Source: Actinomycetota bacterium
GTDB lineage: Bacteria > Actinomycetota > Acidimicrobiia > Acidimicrobiales > Ilumatobacteraceae
DNA length: 64,000 bases
NCBI GenBank assembly: GCA_016213625.1
Contig: JACQZZ010000040.1
Span: forward strand, 12,778-76,777
Direction: 5' to 3'
Both the position numbers and the translations under genes were made by a program. Every line of letters begins with the position of its first letter. The first letter of the stretch is position 1. Below, one piece after another: positions 29,127-37,720 of this stretch. The notes below the pieces were generated by a model, which did not search any database, was not told where the DNA came from, and was given only the letters and a program-made list of their open reading frames with translations.

Positions 29127-30245
29127 GGCCCCGGCCAACCGACGCTGGACCCGGCCGGCGACGGCGAGGACGGCATCGAGCTCGCTACAACCGATCGAGG
29201 TGGCCCACTCCGTGAGGGTGATGTGCTGGCCGCCGTCACGGCCGACCAGGACCACTCGATCGCCCACTGCTGCGTCGGGCACGGCGGCGAGGTCGAGCAC
29301 CGTGTGCTCCAGGGACGTGCCCACGATGGGCACCCGTTGCCCACGCACGAGCGCGTGTGGCTCGAAGCTCGCGTCCACCCGGCGCATGCCATCGGTGACG
29401 CCGAACGGGATGACGCCCACCCTCGACACACCGCGCGTGAGGTAGCCGCCGGCACGAACGTCGTGTGGGTGGTCCGCGACGTGGATCAAGGAGGCGCCGA
29501 GCTCGGTGAGCACCGGCTGCAGCTCGGCGTCGGTCAGCGTCGGGTCGGTGAATGGCGACATGCCGTAGAGCGCATGGCCCACGCACACCGCGTTGGTCGC
29601 ATCGGGCAGGTCGGCGAGCAGCCCGCAGGTGCCCCACATCTGGGTGAACCCAGGTCGCACACCGTCGCGTGCCAGCCCGTCGAGCATCTCGGTGAACACC
29701 GCGCCCTTGCTGACGGCCCACTCGCGCCCGGCCCGGTCGGAGAAGGGGAGGTGCGTGTAGATTCCGGCGATGGTGATGCCGTCCAGACCGGCCATTTCGC
29801 GAATGACCGTGCCGGCGACATCGACCGGAACCCCGAGGCGCCCCAGCCCGGCGTCGACCTTCACGTACACAGCGGCCCCGCAGCTCGCCGCTGCAGCGGC
29901 GCCGGTGAGGTCGACCACGGTGGGCACGAGTCCTGCAGCGACCAGCGCAGGGATCTGGTCGGGTGTGTACCCACCGAAGAGCACGACCTCGGTGTCGATG
30001 CCCGCTGCTCGAATCGCGAGTGCGTCACCGATGTGCCCGGTCCACAGCGAATCGCAGCCGGCATCGGCCAGGGCGCGCGAGACATCGAGGACACCGTGTC
30101 CGTACCCGTCGGCCTTCACCGAGGCGACCACTCGTCGGTCGCCGCTGCGTCGCACGATCTCCTCGTAGTTGGCCCGCAGTACGTCGCGATCGACGCGCAT
30201 CCAGTTCGGGCGTCGCAGCGCCTCGTCGGTCGACGGGGTGCTCAC
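29124..30245 (-). CDS. alanine racemase-family PLP enzyme
   Basis: PLP-lysine motif ASVKADGYGHG and a length of 373 aa. Its context suggests an accessory racemase rather than the housekeeping alr. Confidence 0.8.
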   Translation of the reverse strand: MSTPSTDEALRRPNWMRVDRDVLRANYEEIVRRSGDRRVVASVKADGYGHGVLDVSRALADAGCDSLWTGHIGDALAIRAAGIDTEVVLFGGYTPDQIPALVAAGLVPTVVDLTGAAAAASCGAAVYVKVDAGLGRLGVPVDVAGTVIREMAGLDGITIAGIYTHLPFSDRAGREWAVSKGAVFTEMLDGLARDGVRPGFTQMWGTCGLLADLPDATNAVCVGHALYGMSPFTDPTLTDAELQPVLTELGASLIHVADHPHDVRAGGYLTRGVSRVGVIPFGVTDGMRRVDASFEPHALVRGQRVPIVGTSLEHTVLDLAAVPDAAVGDRVVLVGRDGGQHITLTEWATSIGCSELDAVLAVAGRVQRRLAGA

Positions 30246-30246
30246 G

Positions 30247-31050
30247 TCAGGCCGGCACGAGCAGCGGCTCGTCCCTGGCGATCAAGGGAGTGAAGTCGCG
30301 GTCGTGGATGTGAGCCGGGCGGCGGAACGTGGTCTGGCGATTGCTCACCGGGTTCACGATCAGCGAGAAGATCCGTCGCGGCCACGGCGACATGTTCGGC
30401 GGCGAGGCGTGCACCACCGCGTCCCCGAAGATCAGCATCGTGCCGGCCGGCCCCTTCGGGCACACCAACCCGCCCCGCTCCGCGAGCGGACCGACCACCG
30501 ACGGGCCCACCGTCCACAGCGGGTAGCTGGTGGTCGTGGTGTCGAGCTCGGTCGGTGGCGGTCCGTCGAGGTGCGAACCGCGCACGAACATCAGCGGTCC
30601 GTTGAACTCGGTCACCTCGTCGAGGAAGATGTGCATGTTGAGCGCGATCGGCTGCTCCAGGCCGTCCTCGCGGTGGTGCGTGGCGAAGTCGTAGTGCCAC
30701 TGCCACTGCTCGCCGGTGAAGGCCTCCTTGGCATTGACCTTCACCTGCATCGCGTAGACGGGTTGGTCGCCCAGGATCTGGTGGGCGGGAACGACGAAGC
30801 GCGGGTCGCTGATCAATCGCTCGTAGAGCGGGTGGCGACGGTGGAGCTCGAACGCCGAGCGCACCACACCGCTCGACTTCTCGCGGATGTTCTGCGGGAT
30901 GTCGTCGACCGTCAACTCCTCCAGCGCGGCGACGAGCGCGGCGACCTCGTCGGGGCTGAAGCGACTCGGCAGTGCGATCACGCCGTCGCGGTGGAAGGTG
31001 TCGAGTTGGTCGGCGCTGAGCGCTGCCGGGTTCCTCGGATCGTTGGTCAT
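30247..31050 (-). CDS. phytanoyl-CoA dioxygenase (PhyH)-family Fe(II)/2OG oxygenase
   Basis: ATG 31050. FHRDGVIAL, HxD in QWHYDF, distal His in DAVVHASPPN. Confidence 0.8.
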   Translation of the reverse strand: MTNDPRNPAALSADQLDTFHRDGVIALPSRFSPDEVAALVAALEELTVDDIPQNIREKSSGVVRSAFELHRRHPLYERLISDPRFVVPAHQILGDQPVYAMQVKVNAKEAFTGEQWQWHYDFATHHREDGLEQPIALNMHIFLDEVTEFNGPLMFVRGSHLDGPPPTELDTTTTSYPLWTVGPSVVGPLAERGGLVCPKGPAGTMLIFGDAVVHASPPNMSPWPRRIFSLIVNPVSNRQTTFRRPAHIHDRDFTPLIARDEPLLVPA

Positions 31051-31078
31051 GTGGCGGTCTCCCTCGTGCGTCGTCGGA

Positions 31079-32419
31079 TCAGTGGCGGACGTAGTGGACG
31101 TGTTGGAAGCGCTGGCGCATCGCGCCGGCACTGGCGGCGACCTCGGCCGGTTCGGAGCCGAGGCCGGCGGCGATCAGATCGGCGAGTTCGGGCATGTCGG
31201 CGGGAGTGAATCCGAGCCGCGTGATCTCGGGCGTCCCGAACCGGAGTCCGGCACCCTCGTCGTGCGGGAGGCCGATCGCGCAGGTGAGGATGTTGGCCTC
31301 GCGCAGCCGAAGTGCCGCTGCGTGCCCGCCGCCCGCCGCTGACATGTCGAGCGCGAACTGGTACGTGGTGGTGGGGCCGTGCACGGTGCGGAACACCGGC
31401 AGGCCGCGGGCCTCGAGTTCGCCGGCGAGGGTGACGGAGTTGGCGACCATCGCTGCCGCGTAACTGCGTCCGAACTCGAGCCAGTCGAACATGGTGATCG
31501 CCAGTGCGGCGGTCTTGGCGACGTCGAAGTTGGCGGTGAGGCCGGGGTAGGCGATGGCGTCGAGTCGCTCGGCGAGGTCGGCCCGGTTGGTGAGGACGAG
31601 TCCGCCCGCCGGTCCGCCGAGGCTCTTGTAGGTGCTCATCGTCATCAGGTCGGCGCCCTGATGGAGGGGGTTCGGCCACAGTCCGCCGGCGATCATCCCG
31701 CACGCGTGGGCGGCGTCGAAGAGCACGAACGCCCCGACCTCGTCGGCGATGGCCCGGATCGCCGCGACCGGATGCGGGTCGAGGTTGAGGCTCGTGCCCG
31801 TGGTGATCAGCTTCGGCTGCACCCGCCGCGCGAGAGCGGCCAAGCCCTCGACATCGATGGTGTAGGTCGACGGGTCGATCGGGCACTCGTGGATCTGCAG
31901 CCCGTACAACCCGGCGGCACCAGGGTCGCGGTGGGTGACGTGGCCGCCGATCGTGGCCGGCGGGACGATGATCGAGTCGCCGGGACGGCAGGTGGCCATG
32001 AACGCGTAGAGGTTGGCGAGCGCACCACTGCCGACGCGGAGTTCGGCGTGGTCGGCCTGGAACACCCTGCGGGCCGCCTCGGCCGCGATCACCTCGATCT
32101 CCTCGATCGCTTCGAGGCCCATCTCGTACTTCTCCCCGGGGTGACCCAGTGATGGGCGAGTGCCGAGCCCGGTGGCGAGCACCGCCTCGGCTCGCGGGTT
32201 CATCGTGTTCGTGGCGGGGTTGAGGTTGATGCAATCCCGGTCGTGGATCTGCCGGTTGCGCTCGATCAGGCCGTGCAGTCGGTCGTCACAGGCGCCCAGG
32301 TCGTCGAGGTCGAGCGCGCCGATGATCTCCTCGCGACGGGCATTGGCGGCGTCGCTCATCCAGGACAGCGGTTCCAGAGCGCGCGTCGGGGGCGCTTGCA
32401 CATCGGGGTCGATCGACAT
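31079..32419 (-). CDS. serine hydroxymethyltransferase-fold PLP enzyme (non-canonical)
   Basis: SHMT-like layout. The PLP-lysine block is TMSTYKSLGGPAGG, whereas canonical SHMT has TTTTHKTLRGPRGG. Confidence 0.8.
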   Translation of the reverse strand: MSIDPDVQAPPTRALEPLSWMSDAANARREEIIGALDLDDLGACDDRLHGLIERNRQIHDRDCINLNPATNTMNPRAEAVLATGLGTRPSLGHPGEKYEMGLEAIEEIEVIAAEAARRVFQADHAELRVGSGALANLYAFMATCRPGDSIIVPPATIGGHVTHRDPGAAGLYGLQIHECPIDPSTYTIDVEGLAALARRVQPKLITTGTSLNLDPHPVAAIRAIADEVGAFVLFDAAHACGMIAGGLWPNPLHQGADLMTMSTYKSLGGPAGGLVLTNRADLAERLDAIAYPGLTANFDVAKTAALAITMFDWLEFGRSYAAAMVANSVTLAGELEARGLPVFRTVHGPTTTYQFALDMSAAGGGHAAALRLREANILTCAIGLPHDEGAGLRFGTPEITRLGFTPADMPELADLIAAGLGSEPAEVAASAGAMRQRFQHVHYVRH

Positions 32420-32489
32420 GCGGCGATCGTGTCACGCGAGAACCCCAATGAAAAACGATGATAAGTGAACGGTGCAGTAAGCTCAGCTG

Positions 32490-33374
32490 ATGGTCACTCC
32501 CTCCACCTCACTCGAGCGGCTGCGCGTCTTCCACGCGGTCTCCACCAGCGGCACGGTCGCCGGGGCTGCTCGCTCGCTCGGGTACACGCCGTCCGCGGTG
32601 TCACAACAGCTGGCTGCACTCGAGCGGGAGTCGGGCGTGGCCCTCGTGGAGCGCTCGAACCGCGGTGTGGTGCTCACTCCCGCGGGTGAGGTGATGGCGC
32701 GGCGGTCCGGCGAGGTACTCGACCTCGTTCGGACGGCGTTCGAGGACGTCGCACGCGCGGCCGACCGTCATCACACGACCTTGTCGATCGCATCGTTCCC
32801 GACTGCCATCCCGACGTTGCTGATGCCGGTACGCCAGCAGCTCGCACCGGAGATCGACATCGTGGTGGTCGACGCCGAACCCGAGCAGGCGCTCCAGCTC
32901 GTGGAGGCTCACGAGGCAGATGCCGCGATCACCGATGCCGACGCCGTGGATCTGCGCTCCACCGATCTGCACCGCACGTTGATTCGCATGGATCCGCTGC
33001 GACTCGTCACGCCACAGGGTCGGACCGTTCGATCACTCGGTGAGTGCGCTCACGATCGCTGGGTGCTGGGCGGACCGCACACCCGACACGGTGACGCCGC
33101 GCGGCGAGTCTGCCGAGCGGCCGGCTTCGAGCCCAACGTGATCGTGGAGACCGAGGACCACCACATCGCCTTCGACGTGGTCCAGGCCGTAGGCGCCGTC
33201 ACGCTGCTGCCAGAGCTGGCCCTCGTCGACATGCCGAAGGGCGTGGTGATCGCGAAGAAGGTCGACGTCGGACACGTGCGGCGGGTGGAGTTCGTCACCC
33301 GTTCCACCCTGCGCACCAACCCCGCCATCGTGCGGTTCGAGCAGGCGCTGACACGAGCAACGGTCCGACCCTGA
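32490..33374 (+). CDS. LysR-family transcriptional regulator
   Basis: N-terminal HTH LRVFHAVSTSGTVAGAARSLGYTPSAVSQQLAALE plus a substrate-binding domain. Divergent from the SHMT-like operon. Confidence 0.9.
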   Translation: MVTPSTSLERLRVFHAVSTSGTVAGAARSLGYTPSAVSQQLAALERESGVALVERSNRGVVLTPAGEVMARRSGEVLDLVRTAFEDVARAADRHHTTLSIASFPTAIPTLLMPVRQQLAPEIDIVVVDAEPEQALQLVEAHEADAAITDADAVDLRSTDLHRTLIRMDPLRLVTPQGRTVRSLGECAHDRWVLGGPHTRHGDAARRVCRAAGFEPNVIVETEDHHIAFDVVQAVGAVTLLPELALVDMPKGVVIAKKVDVGHVRRVEFVTRSTLRTNPAIVRFEQALTRATVRP

Positions 33375-33387
33375 AGGGTTCGGACCG
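33361..33387 (+). terminator. hairpin overlapping the LysR stop codon
   Basis: CGGTCCGACCC pairs with GGGTTCGGACCG: 10 of 11 pairs with a 5-nt loop. Confidence 0.4.
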
Positions 33388-33409
33388 TCGTCGGTGTGTG
33401 CGCTCCACC

Positions 33410-33430
33410 TGGCGGAACGGGATGGATTTG
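33410..33430. repeat. att direct repeat, distal copy (partial tRNA-Ser 3' end)
   Basis: TGGCGGAACGGGATGGATTTG here versus TGGCGGAACGGGAGGGATTTG at 48364-48384 (20/21). Confidence 0.8.
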
Positions 33431-33494
33431 CAGATCGGCGGGGTGTGTGGGACGCCGTGCCTGGTCAGCGACCATTTGGAGCGTCTCCGAGGCT

Positions 33495-33522
33495 GCGGGA
33501 GTGGGAGCAACCCGGGAGCAAC
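33495..33522. repeat. CGGGAGCAAC-type repeats, 2 full copies plus 1 partial, near the distal att
   Basis: gcgggagtGGGAGCAACcCGGGAGCAAC read directly. The same 10-mer is repeated 5 times at 48202-48265. Confidence 0.75.
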
Positions 33523-33635
33523 GCAGGACAACTTCCGCGGGTGACGAGTCTGCGGCGGTATCAGGGCCAGGGTCGCCGATTCGGGGGTGAATCGTTCGAC
33601 GAGCGAGGATCGAGTGCTAATGCGGCGGGGGCGGT

Positions 33636-34184
33636 TCAAGTGATGTACACGCTGCTCACTCGGTTGTCCCAACCGGTGAGCATCGAGTTCGCTGACGAGT
33701 TCGCCGTAGTCGTACCGGGGTACAGCGGCGTGCCGCCGCTTGCGCCGTCGTAAAAGTACGACGTACACGCGCCGACCTTGTAGCTACTGGTGTCGTTGTC
33801 GAAGCCGTAGGTCGACAGGTTGATGTAGGCGCCGCGGCTCGTCAACTGCAGTACGGCACCAGTGAATGACGTCGACCGGTAGAGCTTCAGGGAGCTCGCG
33901 CATGCCAGCAACGGAACGATTCCGACACTGCGTGCGGCGGTTGAGCCGAGCGCATTGTGGCTCGCCGCGTCCATCTCCGCTTCGGTGCGATAGCACTCTG
34001 CCGTGAACCCGTCACTGGTACACGCTGTTGCCTCGCCCCAACCGTCGGTGAGGTTGATCCAACCCCCCTCGAACGACGCGATCACTCCGCGCCCCGCGTC
34101 GGCAGCTGCGGTCACTCCTGACCAACTGACACAAGCGACGAACGCGAGCGAGACGAGAGCGCGAACTCCTCGAACGACAGACAT
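33636..34184 (-). CDS. secreted protein with beta-gamma-crystallin-like (I36 / killer-toxin-like) C-terminal domain
   Basis: Signal peptide (ALVSLAFVACVSWSGVTAAADA). Two Greek-key-like motifs: LYRSTSFTGAVLQL...NDTSSYKV and YFYDGASGG...GWDNRVSSVYI. Confidence 0.6.
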   Translation of the reverse strand: MSVVRGVRALVSLAFVACVSWSGVTAAADAGRGVIASFEGGWINLTDGWGEATACTSDGFTAECYRTEAEMDAASHNALGSTAARSVGIVPLLACASSLKLYRSTSFTGAVLQLTSRGAYINLSTYGFDNDTSSYKVGACTSYFYDGASGGTPLYPGTTTANSSANSMLTGWDNRVSSVYIT

Positions 34185-34199
34185 GTGCTGGACCTCCAG

Positions 34200-34955
34200 T
34201 TATGGGAACTTGACGATGGTGACCGTGCGCGTCGGTGCATCCACGGCGGCCTTCGCACAGGCCGCCCCCGCCGAATCGGGCCGGACGACCACGGTCCACC
34301 CCTTGAGCCCGGACTCGTTGACGATCAGCTGGGCGGCGTCGGTCGCAGCGGCTGCCGAAGCACAGTCAGCCAGATTGATCTCATTCGTCACGCGGTCACT
34401 GAGTGCGACGACGGCATCGTTCTCGGGGCTGAGTGTGGAGTCCGAAGCGGTGAGACCAAGACGAGCGCACACCGATTGATCACCGGGGAACACCTCGATG
34501 TTTCCGGCGTCGGCGATGCACACCGCGAGCTCGGGGATCGCCGGCTCGCTGCCCGGCGCGGCGAACTTGCCCTCGGACCAGACGGTGGCGCACTCAGCGA
34601 CTGGGTCTGCCTTGATGTCGATGACTATCGCGTCGGCTCGGAGGTCAGCAGCGGCCCGGCAGGTAATGCCCTCGTTCGGGCGATCGGGTTGCCCCGATCG
34701 AATGAGAGCGGCTACTCCGACCGAACCGCCGGCAAGTACCGCAATGGCCAAGGCGCCCCCCGCAATCGCTCGACGGCGACGACGGGTGAATTCGTACGCT
34801 CGCTCCGCGGCGTGCCGACCCGACGTGATCCGACGAACGGCGTCGTCCTGAACGGTGGTCGTTGGGGCTTCCACCGCAAGGCCCCAGACTTCCGGGTGCT
34901 CGAGGATCCACGCGGAGAGGTTGCCGTCATCGGTCGGGAGGCGATGGTCGCTCAT
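34200..34955 (-). CDS. single-pass membrane protein, putative anti-sigma factor
   Basis: ATG 34955 overlaps the sigma stop (ATGA). About 70-aa cytoplasmic part, a TM (IAGGALAIAVLAGGSVGVAALI) and an outer domain with 6 Cys. No ZAS motif. Confidence 0.55.
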   Translation of the reverse strand: MSDHRLPTDDGNLSAWILEHPEVWGLAVEAPTTTVQDDAVRRITSGRHAAERAYEFTRRRRRAIAGGALAIAVLAGGSVGVAALIRSGQPDRPNEGITCRAAADLRADAIVIDIKADPVAECATVWSEGKFAAPGSEPAIPELAVCIADAGNIEVFPGDQSVCARLGLTASDSTLSPENDAVVALSDRVTNEINLADCASAAAATDAAQLIVNESGLKGWTVVVRPDSAGAACAKAAVDAPTRTVTIVKFP

Positions 34956-35521
34956 CCTTCGCTCCTCTCGGGGCAAGCCTGAATGGGTTCCGGATGCATC
35001 TGCCGGAACTCGGTTCGCGCGATCATGAGTCGCTTTCTCGCCGCGTCGTGGGTGATCCCGAGCTGACGGGCGATTGACGGGCCGTTGTTGCCGAGAGCGT
35101 GAAGTATCAGAATCTGGCGATGCTCGAATCGCAGGCCGAGGAGCGCTTCTCGAACGAGGTCTGACGTCTTCTGGGCCTCCTCATCCTCGACGAAGGACAC
35201 GAACTCGTCCTCGGCTGACGGCGCCATCGAAAGCGGTTGGTGTCGCAACTGATCGAGCGTTCGCCGGCGGGTCGCGTTGCGTCGGCCCCTGTTTGCGGTC
35301 AGGAAGCGAGCCGTGCGAAGCAACCAACTCCGCTGCAGCGATTCCGGCAGATTCGCCACTTCCTGAATGCGCTCGTAGGCGAGTTGAAACACATCGGACC
35401 ACACCTCCTCAGCCTCGGTCTGATCATGCTCATGGCGCGCCACGATGACTCGCACGGCGCCGCCGTGTGAATTCATCAGGCCTCGGAGAAGCCCCTCCCG
35501 GTCCTGCGTATCGTCGGTCAC
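34952..35521 (-). CDS. ECF-type RNA polymerase sigma-70 factor
   Basis: Region 2-like AEEVWSDVFQLAYERI. Region 4 HTH RQILILHALGNNGPSIARQLGITHDAARKRLMIAR. GTG 35521 overlaps the upstream stop (GTGA). Confidence 0.8.
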   Translation of the reverse strand: MTDDTQDREGLLRGLMNSHGGAVRVIVARHEHDQTEAEEVWSDVFQLAYERIQEVANLPESLQRSWLLRTARFLTANRGRRNATRRRTLDQLRHQPLSMAPSAEDEFVSFVEDEEAQKTSDLVREALLGLRFEHRQILILHALGNNGPSIARQLGITHDAARKRLMIARTEFRQMHPEPIQACPERSEG

Positions 35522-35916
35522 ATCCCTCGATCCGAGCGGCGCATGACGCGCCAGCCGCGACGTAAGTGTCGCACCGATCGGAACTGTTCCTTCATGGACC
35601 AGAGTCCACCTGGTGTCGTGGCCGAGATGCGGTCGAGTGGAACAACTCTGACATGCAACGCCCATTCGTAGTCACAGCCGACATCACTGACGAAGCGGCT
35701 GGCGAACGCCGATGCGGAGATCGGATCCCCAAAGGGCCCGAACACGCTGGGGAGTCCGGTCAGGACGTCGAACACACAGACCACGTGCTCCAGGTCAAGG
35801 CGCTCGACCTCGCCGGATGCGATCGATACGTCAACTGAATTCAATATCTCATCGAAGGTGAACACTGCCCTACCCGTCTCCGCTCCGCGCGCCAGTGAGC
35901 GAAATCGCCGCAACAT
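35518..35916 (-). CDS. hypothetical protein, first gene of the sigma operon
   Basis: C-terminal 132 codons of ORF 35518..36300, from ATG 35916. Protein-like composition and translational coupling to the sigma gene. No motif recognised. Confidence 0.45.
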   Translation of the reverse strand: MLRRFRSLARGAETGRAVFTFDEILNSVDVSIASGEVERLDLEHVVCVFDVLTGLPSVFGPFGDPISASAFASRFVSDVGCDYEWALHVRVVPLDRISATTPGGLWSMKEQFRSVRHLRRGWRVMRRSDRGM

Positions 35917-36124
35917 CGTGTGCGGGGGGGGTCCTCGCCGATTCAGTCTTCTCCCTCCGTGCAGCGCCTGGGGCGTGCAACACATGTCAGTGTCAACCGC
36001 TGCAATTCTGTTCCTGCGGCCGCTCCGACCCGCGGTGGTATCGCGACCTCTCGCGGAACACTTTGACCGTGACCGACACTTCTGTACTGCGGTCGTTCTT
36101 GACCGCGACGAGGAAGGAGAAGTC

Positions 36125-36439
36125 ATGCGAAGAAAGGCGCTGATAGCGGCGGCCATCATGGTTCTACCTCTGGTGGGGTTCGGCGGGGTGTCGGAGGTCT
36201 CGGCGAGCACGAGTTGTTCCGTGGCGACGATCTGGATCAACGGCAACCCCGGCGCGGAGCCTGGTTCGTGGGCGAAAGGACACACGCATGCGACCGGCAA
36301 CCACTACGTGGGCTACTACTACTATTCATCTGGTCTCGGCCGATGGGTTTGGGTGTACTACGCCGACAACAACGGCGGCGAGGATGGCGATACCGCCGAC
36401 ACCCTCTACGGAAGCACCACCTGCAACGGCACACCCTGA
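36125..36439 (+). CDS. small Sec-dependent secreted Tyr/Trp/Gly-rich peptide (about 76-aa mature form with 2 Cys)
   Basis: ATG 36125 preceded by GGAAGGAGA. Signal peptide MRRKALIAAAIMVLPLVGFGGVSEVSA. Mature part has Cys near both ends and YVGYYYYSSGLGRWVWVYY. Confidence 0.7.
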   Translation: MRRKALIAAAIMVLPLVGFGGVSEVSASTSCSVATIWINGNPGAEPGSWAKGHTHATGNHYVGYYYYSSGLGRWVWVYYADNNGGEDGDTADTLYGSTTCNGTP

Positions 36440-36440
36440 C

Positions 36441-36860
36441 GTGAGGCGAGCCCTGCTCCTGTTGTTGCTGTTGGTCGGCGCCTGCTCCCAGCGAGCAGGC
36501 GTCGACCAGGTCCCACCGCCGAAAAGAGATGGCGCTCCGTCTGGCGCAGATGGAACCCTCGTGGCGCTCGCAACGGTTGTGGTCGGTGATTGCATCCAGT
36601 TCACCTCTCCTCCGTCCGCCGAAGTGTATGTCGGCACCTGCGATGATCGGGCCGTGCACATCGTTGGTGAAGTCGGCCCGTTGCATCAGCTCCCGAGCGA
36701 CTTTCCAGGCGATGCGACGTCGGCAGGAATCTTTCTGGACGCGTGCGCGAGTGCCTTCGAGGGGTCTGGCACCAGTGCTCGGACTGTAGTCACGCTGCCC
36801 GGACCAGAGGGTTGGGCAGCGGCTCGCGAACATGCGTTGTGTGGGATCTCTCAGCCATGA
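36441..36860 (+). CDS. lipoprotein (Cys-patterned, septum-formation-like)
   Basis: GTG 36441, immediately after the upstream stop. Lipobox LLLLVGAC, with further Cys in VVVGDC, VGTCDD and LDAC. Confidence 0.65.
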   Translation: MRRALLLLLLLVGACSQRAGVDQVPPPKRDGAPSGADGTLVALATVVVGDCIQFTSPPSAEVYVGTCDDRAVHIVGEVGPLHQLPSDFPGDATSAGIFLDACASAFEGSGTSARTVVTLPGPEGWAAAREHALCGISQP

Positions 36861-37720
36861 CCAATTCCTCGCTCGTGGTGCAATCAGTCAATGTGACGAT
36901 TGGGCGCCGACCAGTGCTCACGAATGTGACGACGGCGTTCCCGACGGGGATCACGGCGATGTTGGGTCCCAATGGCGCGGGAAAGTCGACTTTGATTCGG
37001 GCGATTTGCGGCCTGGTCAGAATCAGCGGAGGATCGATTGCCTTCGACGGGCGCGTGGCGGATCGCCACCGCCCCCGAACCCTCCAGCCCGTGATCGGTC
37101 TAATGCCACAGGAGGTCGGATTCGTACCGCATCTCTCGGTTCGCGCCACTCTCGAGTACTTCTGCCTCCTCAAGGGCATCCCGTCCGAATCTTCGCGTGC
37201 TGAGATAGGACGAGTTCTGGCCTGCACGCGGCTTGCCGACCGAGAGAAGGACAAGGTTTCAACGCTCTCGGGTGGGATGCGTCGGAGGTTGGCATTCGCT
37301 GTTGCGCTCCTGGGAAACCCCCCAGTACTGCTGCTCGATGAGCCGACAACTGGGTTGGATCCTGCTCAGCGGTTGTTCTTCCGGGATGCGATCGTGTCAG
37401 CGGCCGGTGATGCTGTCGTGGTGTTCGCAACCCATCAGATCGAAGACGTAGCGCTTTTGGACTGCAATCTCGTTGTGCTCTATTCCGACTCAGAGATCGT
37501 CAGTTCCTCGTCTGTGGGCGAGTTTGTTGCCTCGTCAGGACTAGTCACGTGGGAGTCCTCATCGCCATCTAGTGGAGCGCTGGTCTCATGGCGTGTCAGC
37601 CAGTCGAGCGTTCGGAACGTGGGGCATGATCCGGATCCCCGTGGCCGGACCACCGAACCGCGGCTTGAGGAGATCTACCTCGGCGCTCTGCGGTGCCGCG
37701 GTGTTGGTGGCGAACGGTGA
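36857..37720 (+). CDS. ABC transporter ATP-binding protein
   Basis: Walker A GPNGAGKST, signature LSGGMRRR, Walker B LLLDEPT. ATG overlaps the upstream stop (ATGA). Confidence 0.9.
   Translation: MTNSSLVVQSVNVTIGRRPVLTNVTTAFPTGITAMLGPNGAGKSTLIRAICGLVRISGGSIAFDGRVADRHRPRTLQPVIGLMPQEVGFVPHLSVRATLEYFCLLKGIPSESSRAEIGRVLACTRLADREKDKVSTLSGGMRRRLAFAVALLGNPPVLLLDEPTTGLDPAQRLFFRDAIVSAAGDAVVVFATHQIEDVALLDCNLVVLYSDSEIVSSSSVGEFVASSGLVTWESSSPSSGALVSWRVSQSSVRNVGHDPDPRGRTTEPRLEEIYLGALRCRGVGGER

Noticed and set aside
35917-36124. ECF-type promoter (GGAAC-N16/17-CGT) in the divergent region between the sigma operon and the secreted-peptide operon
   Set aside because: GGAAC occurs on both strands (36055-36059 plus; complement of 36010-36014), but neither copy has a CGT-type -10 element at the correct spacing. 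No promoter claim is made.
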